A stretch of 64,000 nt of DNA from Torpedo marmorata (taxonomy: Eukaryota): positions 129,146,001 to 129,210,000 of the forward strand of contig OZ360224.1 of the NCBI GenBank assembly GCA_977017645.1. Direction: 5' to 3'. Every line of letters starts with the position of its first letter. Positions within the stretch are counted from its first letter, which is position 1. The position numbers and the translations under genes were made by a program. This document shows, in pieces, positions 47,461 to 60,677 of the stretch. The notes beneath the pieces are model-generated. The model made no database searches and had not been told where the DNA came from. It saw only the letters and a program-made list of their open reading frames with translations.

Positions 47461-48799
47461 TCAGTCCTATTTCTTACATGTGAGAACAAAGAGAGGCTGG
47501 GTGGACCCAGCAAGTCTGGCAGCATCCATGAAGAGAAATGGTCAGTAACCTTTTGGGCCGGGTCCTTTATCAAGGCTAAAGGGGGAGGGAAGATTTAAGT
47601 ATATAAAAGAGGGGAACACTAGGGGCTGAGGAGGGACCAAGAGGTAAAAGGGTACTGGACAGGAGAAGGTGGGAGGGGTGGAGAGACAGGTATGGAGAAT
47701 AAATTGGGGAGGTGAGATGGACAAGGTTGGAGAGAAAAGTGGAAAGAGAAGCAGGTAACGGAAAGATGGAAACAGTCGGACTGGATTGGGGTGGGGGTTA
47801 CTTTTAACGTTGACTGATCATTCCTCTTTATCGATAGTACCTGACCCATTGAGTCCTTCCCACCTTTCTTTGTTCACTCAAGATTTGAGCTCTGTAGTTT
47901 TTGAGTTTATTTCCCACATGTAATAGTTCCAGTTAGATCTGGTATGATGTAATCTTTCTTAATTGAACATTTGGTCACAACACTTCCTTGTTGAGAAGGG
48001 GGAGGTATACGGGTAATGACATCCATTGGGCTCCTGCTGCTTTAAATTGAGTGTTTCTAAAAAAAAAACAGCTTTAAAGAATGCAAGTCTTTGGTGGGTG
48101 AATTATTTTCAAATGCTTAAACAAAAGTGCAAGCCGGTTGTGATGACTCATAAATTAAAACAGACCCTCCTTTCTCCAAAGAGGCAGTCAAACTGAGAAA
48201 AGCTATCACACAGACTTCAGACATCTATTGTCATTAACCTGTTTCCACATCATGATTTCTTCAAAGACCTCCCGATATACAGTGAGTTCGCTGCCGATCA
48301 TAATTGCCAGCATCAAACAAAAACACCTCACATTTGTTATTTTAATCACCAGCACTTAAATTAGCTACATATATATATAAATATACAAAGCTATTTTAAG
48401 TGCTGTATAGTTTAAAATTCAATAAAGCATTGAAACTGCACAGTAATTATTATTAAAAATGCATTTTGCTGTTTTTACCCCATCAATCAACTTGGAGAAA
48501 TCATTTCATGCTCTTGTAGAGCTATTCTCTGTGGAACAAAACTAAATGGAAACACTGTGTCAAATGAGGAAGTTAAGGAAGGACACATATTTTCAATACA
48601 AGATACCTCCTGGTCCAATGGGCTAAATTCTATTACAAAATGCCTGAAGCCATGTTGCATTGCAAGTTGTGCACATTGTTTATTTTCAGTGTATTCTTTG
48701 CAAACATCCATTTCCATTTCAAGACAGGTTTTATATCTGTGTAATTTATATGTTTTGGTAGATTTGTGATCCAAATCGGTTAAAAAAGACTCTGGAGTA

Positions 48800-51700
48800 T
48801 GTGATGTTTCTTTTATTGTAATAAAGAAACTTGGGTTTGTTTAAAACAACTATATTCATTAGCTAGAACACACACAGACAAGACCTCGTGGAGGCATCCA
48901 TTTTGAATCTACCCAAACTGCAACAGCTCATCTCCAGACTCCCTCTAGTGGTCAGGATTAGCACTAGCACTAGCACCAGCACTCTATCAGTACATCCCCT
49001 TTCCTTGAGATGTTTAATCTAACAACATGACACACTAATACAGTATTCATTCCAAATTAAAGTTCAATACAAATGTAAACACAAACATCAGCAGCACAAA
49101 CTTTTTAAGTGTGCAGTTCTTTTTCTTTTAGAGATTCAGTCTGTCAGGTGCTTCTTAACACAGGTGCTTGTGTCGGCTCTGCTGGTCCACTACTGTCTAG
49201 CACTGGTGGTGTTTCCTCTGTTGCTGTGCAGCCTAGATCTTCTGCATTTGTCTTCCTTCAGTGTCTCTTGCATTTTCAGCAGGCTCTTTCGATTCCTTCT
49301 CAGTATTTGACCATCCTCTGTTCTGACAGTGTAGGATCTCAGACTTACTTCCTCCAGAACAGTAGCCTTTTTGTCCCAAGTGTGGGGATCTCTGAGTCTC
49401 ACTGTGTCATGTTAAGCTTCTTGCTAACTTGTCATAGTTTGCTTTTTGTCTCCATTGCAGACGCTTTTGTTTCCGTTCGACACCTTCGACATCTCTGTTC
49501 TTGTTTGGGTCTGCAGAGTAGGGAAGTGTGGTGCCTAGTCTACGTCCCATCAGAAGCTCAGCGGGTGACATGCCATGTTCAAATGGCGAAGCTCTGTAAC
49601 TCAATAGAGCTAGATACGGATCTGAGCCACTGTTTAGTGCTTTCTTGAGCAACTGTTTAACTAAGTGCACTCCTTTCTTTGCTTTACCATTTGACTGTGG
49701 ATGCAGAGGACTTGAAGTCACATGTCAAAAATCATACTCCTGCAAAGTTCTGGAATTCTCTACAGCTGTAGCATGGTCCATTGTCACTGCAGACAATTTG
49801 AGGAATTCCATGTCTTCCAAAGATCGATTTAATATTTTTGTTCACACAAGCAGCCGACATATTAGAAAGCAGTGCAATCTCCAGATAGTTCGATAGATAA
49901 TCAATAACCATCAAGTAATTCTTTCCATCCATGTGGAACAGATCAGTCCCAACTTTCTGCCATGGTTCTGCTGGTACATCAGTTATTATCATGAGTTCCT
50001 TTGCCTGCTTTGCGTGATGTTTCAAACAGGTCTCAGAGCTTGAAACCATCTTGTTAATGTCAGCGTTTATCCCTGGCCAATAAACAGCATCTCCTCCTCT
50101 TGCATTTTTCCATTCCAAAGTGCCCCTCATGCACCCTTTTCAGCATCTCTTGACGCAGTGATTGAGGAATGATAATTCTGCTCTGTCTGAGTAGAAGCCC
50201 ATTGACAACACTCAGCTCAGCTCTGATGTTGTAGTATGGCTGACATTCACCTCTAGGCCATCCTTCATTCAGATTCTTGATGACCTTCTGTAGAACTGTG
50301 TCCTTTTCTGTTTCAGCTGTGATCTGCTTGGATTTCATGTCAGATACAGGAAGAGATTCTGTGATCAGGTTCACATGGAGATTCACATCTGTCTCTGTGG
50401 AACTCTCATTGTGTGCTTCACTCTGCGTCGTTGCCCTGGATAACGCATCAGCTAACACAATAGGTTTCCCTGGTGTGTACACCCACTTGACTAGGCTTAA
50501 GTTTTCACATGCTTTGTCACCAAGCAGTGATCCATGTCCATCTGGGACTACTGCGAACCTGAGGTGTGCTCTTTATCTTTAAATTTCACCTTGAGTTTAC
50601 GTACCTTTCATGTCGATGCTCTGTCCATTGTAGGCTTTGAGCTGTGCAGGATTTGCATGGATGTATGGCTTTATCTTCATTGCCCTGATGTCGCGCTCAC
50701 AGATCAAATTGACCTTTGTCCCTGTGTCCAGCTTGAAAGGAATATTGCTCCATTTGTATGCAATGACACAGTCCACTTATCCTGCTCGACTCTGTTCACG
50801 CTTGGCTGTTCAGTGTCTGTTGGTTTATTATCTTCCTGCACTACCATGCCAACGAAAAGTGTATCACTGAGGGCAATTTCTTCTATAATGTGTACAGTGT
50901 CTTCTATAGTGTGCACACTTTTACTTCTGTTTTGTTTCCCTTTGGAAAAACATTGCTTTGCGTAATGATTCTGCCCTTTGCACTTATTACAGACTTTTCC
51001 ATAGGCTGGGCATTGTTTTGGTGCATGTTGAGTGCCATATCGTTTACAATTGAATGTCTCTCCACCTTTTTGTTGTTTCTTATGTCTCGTTCTCTGTTTG
51101 TGTGTGTGTCCCGACACTGTGCCTATGACTATGCCTTCATTTTCACTGGTTTTTGCACTCTCACCGAACTTTTTCACGTGCTGCAGAGCTAATTCACTGG
51201 CGTGGCATATCTTCACAGCTCTGTCTCTCGCAGCAACCTCTCTCTCACTTTCTTATCAATAATCCCGAACACAATTTGATCACGGATCATTGAATCTTGC
51301 AGCGATCCAAAATTGCATGTTCTTGCTTTTAATTTCAAGTTCGTTAAAAAAGTATCAAAGCTCTCTCCCTGCAGCTGCGTGCGCGAGCAAAACACGTACC
51401 TCTCGAATGTTTCATTCTTCTTTGGTGAGCAGTGTTCATCAAACATCTCGATAACCTTGTCGAACTTGCCCTGGTCAGCTGCCTCGGCAAAAACAAAAGT
51501 GTTGAAAACCTCTAGTGCTTGAGGTCCCACCACGGTAAGTAGCAGTGCAATCTTATGTGCATCAGCTTTGATATCAAGTCCAATGGCTTGCAGGTACAGC
51601 ATGAATCTTTGTTTAAACAACCTCCACTCGTGGTTGGCATTTCCAGTCCAATTTACAGCATCAGGAGCCTTTAAACTCTCCATATTTTCTCTGCTGATAT

Positions 51701-51953
51701 CGACTGATACTCACTCTGCACACTCCTGGTGTTTCTTCCACTCCTGTGCATACTGCACACTCCTGGTACCATGTGATGTTTCTTTTATTGTAATAAAGAA
51801 ATTTGGTATCGTTTAAAACAACTATATTTATTAGCTAGAAAACACACAGATAAGACCTCATGGAGGCATCCATTTTGAATCTACCCAAGCTGCAACAGCT
51901 CGACTTCCTCTAGTGGTCAGGATTAGCATTAGCACTAGTACTCTATCAGTACA
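48800..51953 (-). mobile_element. Internally deleted Ty3/Gypsy LTR retrotransposon (element C, probably Mag-like) lacking RT and most of RNase H
   Basis: LTRs 51772-51953 (5') and 48800-48994 (3'). 5-bp TSD GAGTA. PBS TGGTACCAGGAGTG; PPT AAGGAAAAGGGGA. Gag 51213-51683, two CCHC-like knuckles in 50704-51216, integrase pieces (PWQKVGTDLF, SDNGP, PQSNGKA). The protease joins directly to YTPGK..LADALSR near 50481. Confidence 0.92.
51758..51771 (-). other. Primer binding site of element C, probably tRNA-Leu(UAA)
   Basis: TGGTACCAGGAGTG directly follows the 5' LTR on the minus strand. It is complementary to a ...CACUCCUGGUACCA tRNA 3' end as found in vertebrate tRNA-Leu(UAA). Confidence 0.75.
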
Positions 51954-52099
51954 GAGTAATGTTCAGGCAGCATTTACTTCAATCTGTATTGAATAAATGA
52001 TAACACATGGTGTAAAATGGCCACTCATAATCTGCATTTCAATCATTTCAAAATGGTCATTGGCCATTACACAGCCATATCAGACCTCAGAAAGGAAGA

Positions 52100-54246
52100 G
52101 TGGATTGGGATATGTTGTTTTCTGGCAAGGGTGTGTTAAGCAAGTGGATGGCCTTCAAAGGTGAAAATTTGAGAGTGCAGAGTTTGCATGTTCCTGTTAG
52201 GATTAAAGGCAAAGTTAACAGGCATAGGGAACCTTGGATTTAAAGGGATATTGGTGATCTGGTTAAGAAGAAGAGGGAGGTGTATAGCAAGTATAGGAAA
52301 CAAGGAGCTATTGAGGTACTTGAAGAGTACAGAAAATGCAAGAAAATACTCAAGAAGGAAATCAAGCAGGCAAAAAGAAGACGAGGTTGCTCTGGCAGAT
52401 AATGTGAAGGTAAACCCGAAGGGTTTTTATGTATATTAAGAGTAAAAGGATAGTAAGGGACAAAATTGGTCCCCTAGAGGATCAGAGTGGTCAACTATGT
52501 GTGGAGCCTCACGTAATGGGGGAGATCTTCAACAGTTTTTTTGTATCAGTATTTACTCAGGAAACTGGCATAGTGCATAAGGAAGGAAGGGAAACAAACA
52601 GGTGTCATGGAACATATGGAGATTAAGGAGGAGGAGGTGCTTGCTGCCTTAAGCGAATAAAGGTAGATAAATCCCCCGGGCCGGATATGATATTCCCTCA
52701 GACCTTGAGGGACACTAGTGTAGAAATTGTAGGGGCCCTGGCAGATATATTCAAAATGTCCTTAGCCACGGGTGAGGTGCCAGAGGATTGGAGGGTAGCT
52801 CAAGTTGTCCCGTTGTTTAAAAAAGGCTCTAAAAATAAACGAGGTTATTATAGGCCGGTGAGCCTTATGTCAGTAGTAGGTAAATTATTAGAAGGAGTTC
52901 TGAGAGATAGGATATATAGGTATTTGGACAGCCATGGGCTAATTAAGGACAGTCAGCATGGCTTTGTGCGTGGTAGGTCGTGTTTAACGAAACTTGTAGA
53001 GTTTTTTGAGGAGGTTACCAATAAGGTAGATGAAGGAAAGGCTGGGATGTTGTCTACATGGACTTTAGTAAAGCCTTTGACAAGGTCCCTCATGGGATGT
53101 TAGTTCAGAAGGTTAAGACACTAGGTATCTATGGAGAGGTTGTAAACTGGATTCAAAATTGGCTGTGTGGGAGAAAACAGAGAGTGGTAGTGATGGTTGC
53201 TTCTCAGACTGGAGGCCTGTGACTAGTGCTGTGCCTCAGGGATCTGTGTTGGGACCATTGTTGTTTGTTGTCTATATCAATGATCTGGATGATAATGTGG
53301 TAAATTGGATCAGCAGGTTTGCTGATGACACAAAGGTAGGAGGCATTGTGGACAGCGAGGAAGATTTTCAAAGCTTGCAGAGGGATCTGGACCAACTGGG
53401 AGAATGGGCCAAAAAATGGCAGATGGAGTTTAATGCAGACAAGTGTGAGGTGTTGCATTTTGGAAGGACAAACCAAGGTAGGGCATACACAGTAAATGGT
53501 AGGGGACTGAGGAGTGCGGAGGAGCAAAGAGATCTGGGAATACAGATACATAATTCCCTGAAGGTGGTGTCGCAGGTGGACAGGGTTGTAAAGAAACCTT
53601 TTGGCATCTTAGCCTTTATAAATCAAAGTATTGAGTATAGGAGTTGGGATGTTATGTTGAAGTTATTTAAGTCATTGGTGAGGCCAAATTTGGAGTATTG
53701 TGTGCAGTTCTGGTCACCTAACTACAGGAAGGATATCAATAAGATTGAAAGAGTGCAGAGAATATTTACTAGGATGTTGCCGGGTCTTCAGGAGTTGATT
53801 TACAGGGAAAGATTAAACAGGTTAGGACTTTATTCCTTGGAGCGAAGAAGAATGAGGGGAGATTTGATAGAAGTTTACAAGAATATGAGAGGTATAGACA
53901 GAGTGGATGCAAGTAGGCTTTTTCCACTTAGATTGGGGAGATAGATACGAGAGGTCATAGTTTTAAGCTGAAAGGGGAAAGGTTTGGGGGAACATTAGGG
54001 GAAACTTCTTCACTCAGAGAGTGGTGGGAGTGTGGAATGAGCTGCCATCTGATGTGGTGAATGCAGGCTCGATCATAAGTTTTAAGAATAAATTGGATAA
54101 ATACATGGATTGTAGCAGTCTGGAAGGTTATGGAGTGGGAGCAGGTCAATGGGACTAGCGGAATGATGGTCGGCACAGACTAGAAGGGCCGAATGGCCTG
54201 TTTTCTGTGCTGCAGCTTTCTATGGTTCTATAGTTCTATGGTTCTA
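52100..54246 (+). mobile_element. 5'-truncated CR1 LINE, ORF2 RT region with frameshifts
   Basis: ORFs 52687-53103 (VPEDWRVAQVVPLFKKG, YRPVSL, SQHGF) and 53159-53944 (PQGSVLGPLLF, RFADD, RPNLEYCVQFWSP). (TTCTATGG)n tail. Confidence 0.92.
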
Positions 54247-54326
54247 AAATGTTTAGGAATGACTTTATCTTAATGTATAGACTCAAATTTTGAGATTGAA
54301 ATGTATTAATAAATGTAGGATACACA

Positions 54327-56900
54327 GAACATAGAATAGAACAGTATAGGAACAGGCCTTTCAGCCCATGATGTTTATGCTGACTGTGACGCTAAATTAA
54401 ACTAATCCTATGTGCTTGCACATGATGCACAGTGATCCATTTCCTGCAGGTTCATTTGCTTATTCATGCTTCTTAAACATTACTATCGTATCTGCTTCCA
54501 CCTCCCTTCCAGGCAGCGAATTCCAGGCACCTATCACTTTCTGTGTGAAAAACCTGTCTTGCGTATCTCCTTTAAACCTTTCCCTGTCACTTTAAAGCAA
54601 TACCCACTGAAATTTGAAATTTCCATGATGGGAAAAAGACCATCTACCCTCTTGATGCCTTATACAATTTTATATACTTCTCTCAAGTCTCTCCTCAGCC
54701 TCCGATGCTCCAGAGAAAACAATGGAAGTTTGTCCAAGCTCTCCTCATAGTAAATACTCTCTATTGCTGGCAACATCCTGGTGAACCTCTTCTGCATCCT
54801 CTTCAAGGCCTCCTGTCATACACTGATCAGAACTCTAATGTGGTGCAACCAAAGTTTTAAAAAGCTGAGATATAACTCAATACTCAATAGCCCGACTGAT
54901 GAAGTCAGGCACGCCATCTGTCTTCTTTACCTCCATATCTACTTGTGTTGCCACTTTTCTGGGAGTTATAAATGCGCCCCAAGACCCCATGAACTGCCAT
55001 TTACTCTACATTTTCCCCTTACGTTTGACCTGCCAAAATGCAACACCTTACACTTGTTCTGTCTCCATTCCTCCAGCTCTCCAACCCCTTCCTTTCCTTC
55101 TCCTATCAGGGAGCTACCCTTCTTAGCCCTCTGCCCTCTCCCCAATCACTTCTCAGCTTCATTCTCTTTTACCCTCCCACCTGTGTCCACCTATTACCTC
55201 TTATCTCTTAGCCTCTGCTCCTCCTCTTGCCCCTTCCTCCCTACTCTCCTCTCCTCCTCCTCCTCCCATATTTTTATTCAGGTGTCTGCCTGTTTCTACA
55301 GATTCCTGACGAAGGGCCCAGGCCTGAAACATTGGTTGCCTTCTATTTCCAATGGATGCTGCTTGATCTGCTGAGTTACTCAGTGCTTTTGTGTATTGCA
55401 CTCAACCCCAGCATCTGCAGATTTTTTTGTTTGCCTCAGACTAAATTCCATCTGCCATTTCTCCACACATCTCTCCAACAGATCTACATCCTGCTATATT
55501 CTTCTTCACAATCCACAACTCCACCAATTTGGCATTGTCTGCAAACTTACTAATCAGCCCAAATATGTTTATAGAAATCACAAACAACTGTGGTCCTGTG
55601 GAACATACTGGTCACAGACCTTCAGTCACAATTTTGAATCCGGTCTACCAAGTCTCCAAGCATCTGTACCTTCAGAATCAGCCTACCTTGAGAGATCTTG
55701 TCAGATGCCTTTCATGCAGACAACATTCACTGCCGCATCCTCATCAATCATCTTTGTCACCTCCTCAGAAAAATAAAGTCCATAAGAAATGATCTAACCT
55801 ACACCAAACTATGCAAACTAACAACATGCCGTAGAATATTCCCATATCTCACACAAATCTCAATATCGTCCATGCCCTATTCCTTGCTGAATACCAATAC
55901 AAAGTGCTCATTTAGCACCTTGTATAAACACAAGAATGCTGGAGGAACTCAGCAGGTCTCGCAGCAGGCAGAGGAGGTAAAGATATACAGTACAACCAAC
56001 AATTCGGTCCTGAGCCCTTCTTCAAGGTGATTGCTTTTACTTCTGAGGGGCGCTGGACAAAATAGCGACCCTCTGTCTGCCTTACAGTAGACAAAAATTA
56101 AAGAATTTCATGTATGTTACATTCTAAATGTAGTATTACGTGACAATATTGGAACCTTTACCTTTACCTTTACAATCGCAGCGTCTGCAGACTTTTGTGT
56201 TTCCCTTCATTTAGCACCTTGATCACTTCCTTTGTCCCCAGGCTCAAATTCCCTCTGTAAGTGAGCCTACCCTCTCTTGGTTAGCCTCTTGTTTTTGATA
56301 TATGTATAAAATGCCTCAGGATTTTCCTTAATGGTACACTCCGGCTTTTTCATAACTCTTTTGGCCTCCCTGATTCCTTGTTTATTTCTTGCTTCCTTAC
56401 TATTCCTTTAGGGTCCCATCTGACTTCAGTCCAAAACCTTGCTTTTCCTTTTTGACTAAATTTATAACATCTCTCATCATCAAGGTTCCTGAAACTTGCC
56501 ATCCTTGTCTTTCTTCCTCACAGAAAGATGCCAGTCCTGAATTCTGATCAGCTACCCCTTTTAAACGATTCCTAGATATCAGATATGGATTTATCCAATA
56601 ATAGCTGCTCCCAATCTTTTCCCCCCAGATTTTTGCCTAATGATGTTGCAATTTGCTTTTCCTCAACGTATCGCTTTCTTCCAAGGACCAGGTTTATCCT
56701 TATCAATAATCATCTGACCATAATGTTTTAAGAAGTCCTCTTGGATGTACCTAACTAATTCTGCTTCATCTAAGTTTCTTGCACTAAGGAAATCCCTGTC
56801 AATAATGGGAAATTAAAGTCACCCTCTACAACACCCTGTTGATTTTGCATCTTTCCATAAACTACCTACATATCCATCCTCTATCTCCCACATTAGTCTT
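54327..56900 (-). repeat. Old fragmented CR1 LINE with nested Penelope-end and LINE-tail fragments
   Basis: Reverse-complement CR1 3' end GAACATAGAA...ACAGGCCTTTCAGCCCA and later CR1-like pieces (GGCATTGTCTGCAAACTT, AAATTAAAGTCACCC). Penelope-type inserts at about 55060-55430 and 55925-56030. (ACCTTT)n-tailed fragment at 56030-56172. Confidence 0.6.
55301..55338 (+). ncRNA. Minimal type I hammerhead-ribozyme-like motif in a Penelope terminal repeat (probably decayed)
   Basis: CTGACGA (55306-55312), stem II AGG/CCT, then GAAA (55326-55329). Penelope pLTRs are known to carry minimal hammerheads. Stems I and III are poorly formed in this copy. Confidence 0.55.
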
Positions 56901-58657
56901 TAATATAACCCCATCATTAAAACAGAAATTTAATATTGGGGTTATATTACATGCTCCCCAAAGGGTTGAAATATGATTTTGATTTGGTTGATACTTTGTT
57001 TAGCCTCTCTACTTCCAGTGAAGGCAGTAGCCATGACAATCTTTGGTGTCGCCACGGCATCTTTCATTTAACCAACCACGAGCATTCAGGCAGTCAGTCG
57101 TCCTTCAAAATAATTCTGCTTTCTCAGGACACACCACTCTGTCAATTTCTTCAGTTTATTTACTGCTGCTACTGGGTCTCCTGGGGACTATTATCAGCTG
57201 CACCATAAACATACATTTGCATTTGTTGAGAATGAACACTTTCTCTATAAGCAGGAACATTTTATTAGTATGAAAATGGTACAATGTCAACTATGTTTTC
57301 ATACATATGAATATAAATCAATCAACTACACAGATATTTGACAAACCCTTTGGCAGAAAGCAGGTATACCAATGTGCTGCTTCTAGTTTCAGATCTTGTT
57401 GAGTTGACCATAAGAGGAGCCTGTGTCTTACTTCTGGAGAAAAGCCCTGTTGCCAATTACCTCATCACAAATACAGTACCTGATACATTGTGTTTCAAAA
57501 GCACCTTGTTGCTGATCTTTTAACTTTGGCCTATGCCTTCAGCTATATTTTCAAAGGTAGATTGAAAACAATTAAATGAGAAGAAGTCAGATACAATTTG
57601 TTAATCTGCTCCATTTTGCATAATGCAAGTGAACATGTAAAGGCAATGTCTCAAATGAAAAATCATTTTGTTCACTTGACATCCAAACCATTCCTAATGA
57701 ATGAGAATAATAATAAATTATATAACATTGGAGTTTATTGGTTTATTGCTGGCCCAGTTAAATGTTTCTTGGTCCACATTTTACTTCTACACAAATTTGA
57801 TCTTAATGTTATCTTTTCGCATGCTAATATGGGCTCTCAAAGACTAAGATTCAATAAAATGATTGTCCTCGAACATATATTTTTGTACGTCCATTCAAAA
57901 GAACTGTTTCTCTCCTACTTCCCTGTTGAGTAATTCACCAATAGGTCTGCCATACAACCAGCTACTTTGTCCTAAGGAGGCTGGATTCTGACCAGGCTCC
58001 ATAAGATGTTCAAAATAAATCAATGTATGTAGACAGCTTGTGATGAAATAATTGTCTATTTTCCCTTATTAGGTTAAACACATGCCATTATGAATATAAA
58101 CCACAAAGAAAATTAATATTTTATTGCACAGGTGTATTTATGCTTCTACAGTACAGAACACAAACACCTTTAGTCTTTTTAACAAGACAAACTTTACTTT
58201 CATCATAGCTGATTTGATAGCTCTGTAATTTGTTTTGATGGAAATTTCTTAGATTTGTGCTACTCCTACACTTTAAGCTTACACCAAATGAAAGGATGAA
58301 ATTCTTAACAATTTTCACAAGACCAGCATAAACGAGGAGCAGTTAAACTGCAAAGTCACCATTTTCATTCACTGATTAATAGCGATCTCCATCAGAGAAG
58401 CCAGCTGTGCTTCTTTTCTGCCATCTATCCTGCAGTGCAGGTCTGGACACAGAGAGCACCAAAGTGAGAATGCAGGTGGCATTCTGAGCTGATGTTGAGG
58501 CCGTGAAATGCCAAGGTGTGGTTCGCTAAAAACTACCACAAAATCTGCTTGTTTAGGGTGTACTTTTCCATCGGTTCTGGTGCACTTGGTCCTCTATACA
58601 AGGTTTTTAAAGGTTTACGTTGCTACTGTATACGAGTTGGGAGAAGGGGTGGCAGTA

Positions 58658-60677
58658 ACTGCTTTGAATCGGTGGACTGGAACATATTCAAGAACTTATC
58701 CATAGACCTGAATGAATATGTAACAGGTGTCACCGACTTCATCAAGACCTGCGTGGATGAGTGTGTGCCCACGCGCAAATACCGGGTGTTCCCCAACCAG
58801 AAGCCCTGGATGAACCAGAGAATTTGCAATCTGCTGAGGGCGAGAACAAGGGCGTTTAAGGCCGGGGATCGGGATCTTTACAAGAAGTCCAGGCATGACC
58901 TGCGGAAGGCCATCTCTGAAGCAAAGTGGCAATTCCGGAGGAAGCAAGAGACAGAGACAGATACATGCCAGCTATGGCAGGGAGTACAGGCCATTACAGC
59001 CTACAAAGCGAGGGCGAACACTATAGACGGCTGTGATGCTTCTCTACCAGATGAGCCGAACACCTTCTATGCCCGCTTTGAGAAGAAGTACCAAACAGTG
59101 CCAACTAGAATCCCTGAAAAGGCTGAGGACCCTGTGATATCTGTCTCTGAGGGCGACGTCAGAACATCATTCAAGAGGGTGAACCCTCGCAAGGCGTCAG
59201 GCCCTGACGGAGTACCTGGCAGGGTACTGAAAATCTGCGCCAACCAACTAGCTGGAGTGTTCACGGACATTTTCAACCTCTCATTGCGGCAGTCAGAGGT
59301 TCCCACCTGCTTCAAAAGGGCATCAATCATCCCGGTACCCAAGAAGAGTAGTGTGAGCTGCCTCAGCAACTACCACCCAGTAGCACTAACTTCTACTGTG
59401 ATGAAATGCTTTGAGAGGCTGGTCATGGCCAGAATTAACACATACCTAAACAAAGATCTGGACCCACTGCAATTCACCAATCGTCACAATTGCTCCACAG
59501 CAGATGCAATATCGCTGGCTCTCCACTCAGCTCTGGATCACCTCGAAAACAGCAATTCATACATACGGCTAATCTTCATCGACTATAGCTCGGCCTTCAA
59601 TACCATTATTCCCTCAGTGCTGGTCAAGAAGCTACAAACTCTAGGCCTCTGTACCCGCCTCTGCAACTGGATCCTTGACTTTCTCATTGGAAGACCACAG
59701 TCAGTACGAATTGGAAACAACGTCTCGTCCTCACTGATTATTAACACAGGCACACCCCAAGGATGCGTGCTTAGCCCACTGCTCCACTCGTTATACACCC
59801 ATGACTGTGTGGCCAGGCACAATTCCAATGCCATCTACAAGTTTGCCGTTGACACCTCAGTTGTCGACAGAATCACAAATGGCAATGAGGAAGCATCCAG
59901 GAGGGAGATAGATCAGCTCGTTGAATGGTGTAACGACAACAACCTTACACTCAACGTCAACAAAACCAAGGAGATGATTGTGGACTTCAGGAGGAAGTCA
60001 GGGGAACACGACCCAGTCCTCTTCGAGGGCTCAGTAGTAGAGAGGGTCAAGAACTTCAAATTCCTGGGTGTCAACATCTCTGGAGATCTGTCCTGGAGCC
60101 TCCAAGTTGATGCAATCACAAAGAAGGCTCGCCAGCAGCTATACATTGTGAGGTGTCTGAGGAGATTCGGTATGTCACCGAATACTCTCGTAAACTTCTA
60201 CAGGTGTACCGTGGAGAGCATTCTGGCTGGTTGGATCACTGCCTGGTATGGAGGCGCCAACTCTCAGGACAAGAGTAAACTCCAGAGGGTTTTTAACTCG
60301 GCCTGTGCCATCACAGGCACCAGACTTCACTCCATCGAGGACATCTACACGAGACGGTGTCTTAAAAAAGCAGCCTCTGTCCTCAAAGACCCCCACCACC
60401 CAGGCCATGACCTCTTCACTCTGCTACCATCAGGAAAAAGGTACAGGAGCCTAAAGTCGAGCACTCAACGGCACAAGGACAGCTTCTTCCCCGCTGCCAT
60501 CAGATTCCTGAATAATCAATGAACCAAAGACACTGCCTTGCTTTTCGTGCACTATTACTTATATTTTTTATGGTAATGTCGTAAGATGGTTATAATATGA
60601 ATGTTTGCACTATGATGCTGCCGCAAAACACCGAATTTCATGACTTGTTCATGAAAATAAATTCTGATTCTGATTCT
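58658..60677 (+). mobile_element. 5'-truncated Rex1/Babar-type LINE with a long open frame but a mutated RT active site
   Basis: ORF 58516-60522 matches the element only from about 58658 (CFESVDW). The catalytic motif reads FAVDT instead of FADDT. (TTCTGA)n tail. Confidence 0.92.

Noticed and set aside
58516-58657. Novel N-terminus fused to a 668-aa LINE ORF
   Set aside because: Non-ATG start in flanking DNA that is open by chance, and the RT has FAVD in place of FADD, so a functional fusion is unlikely.
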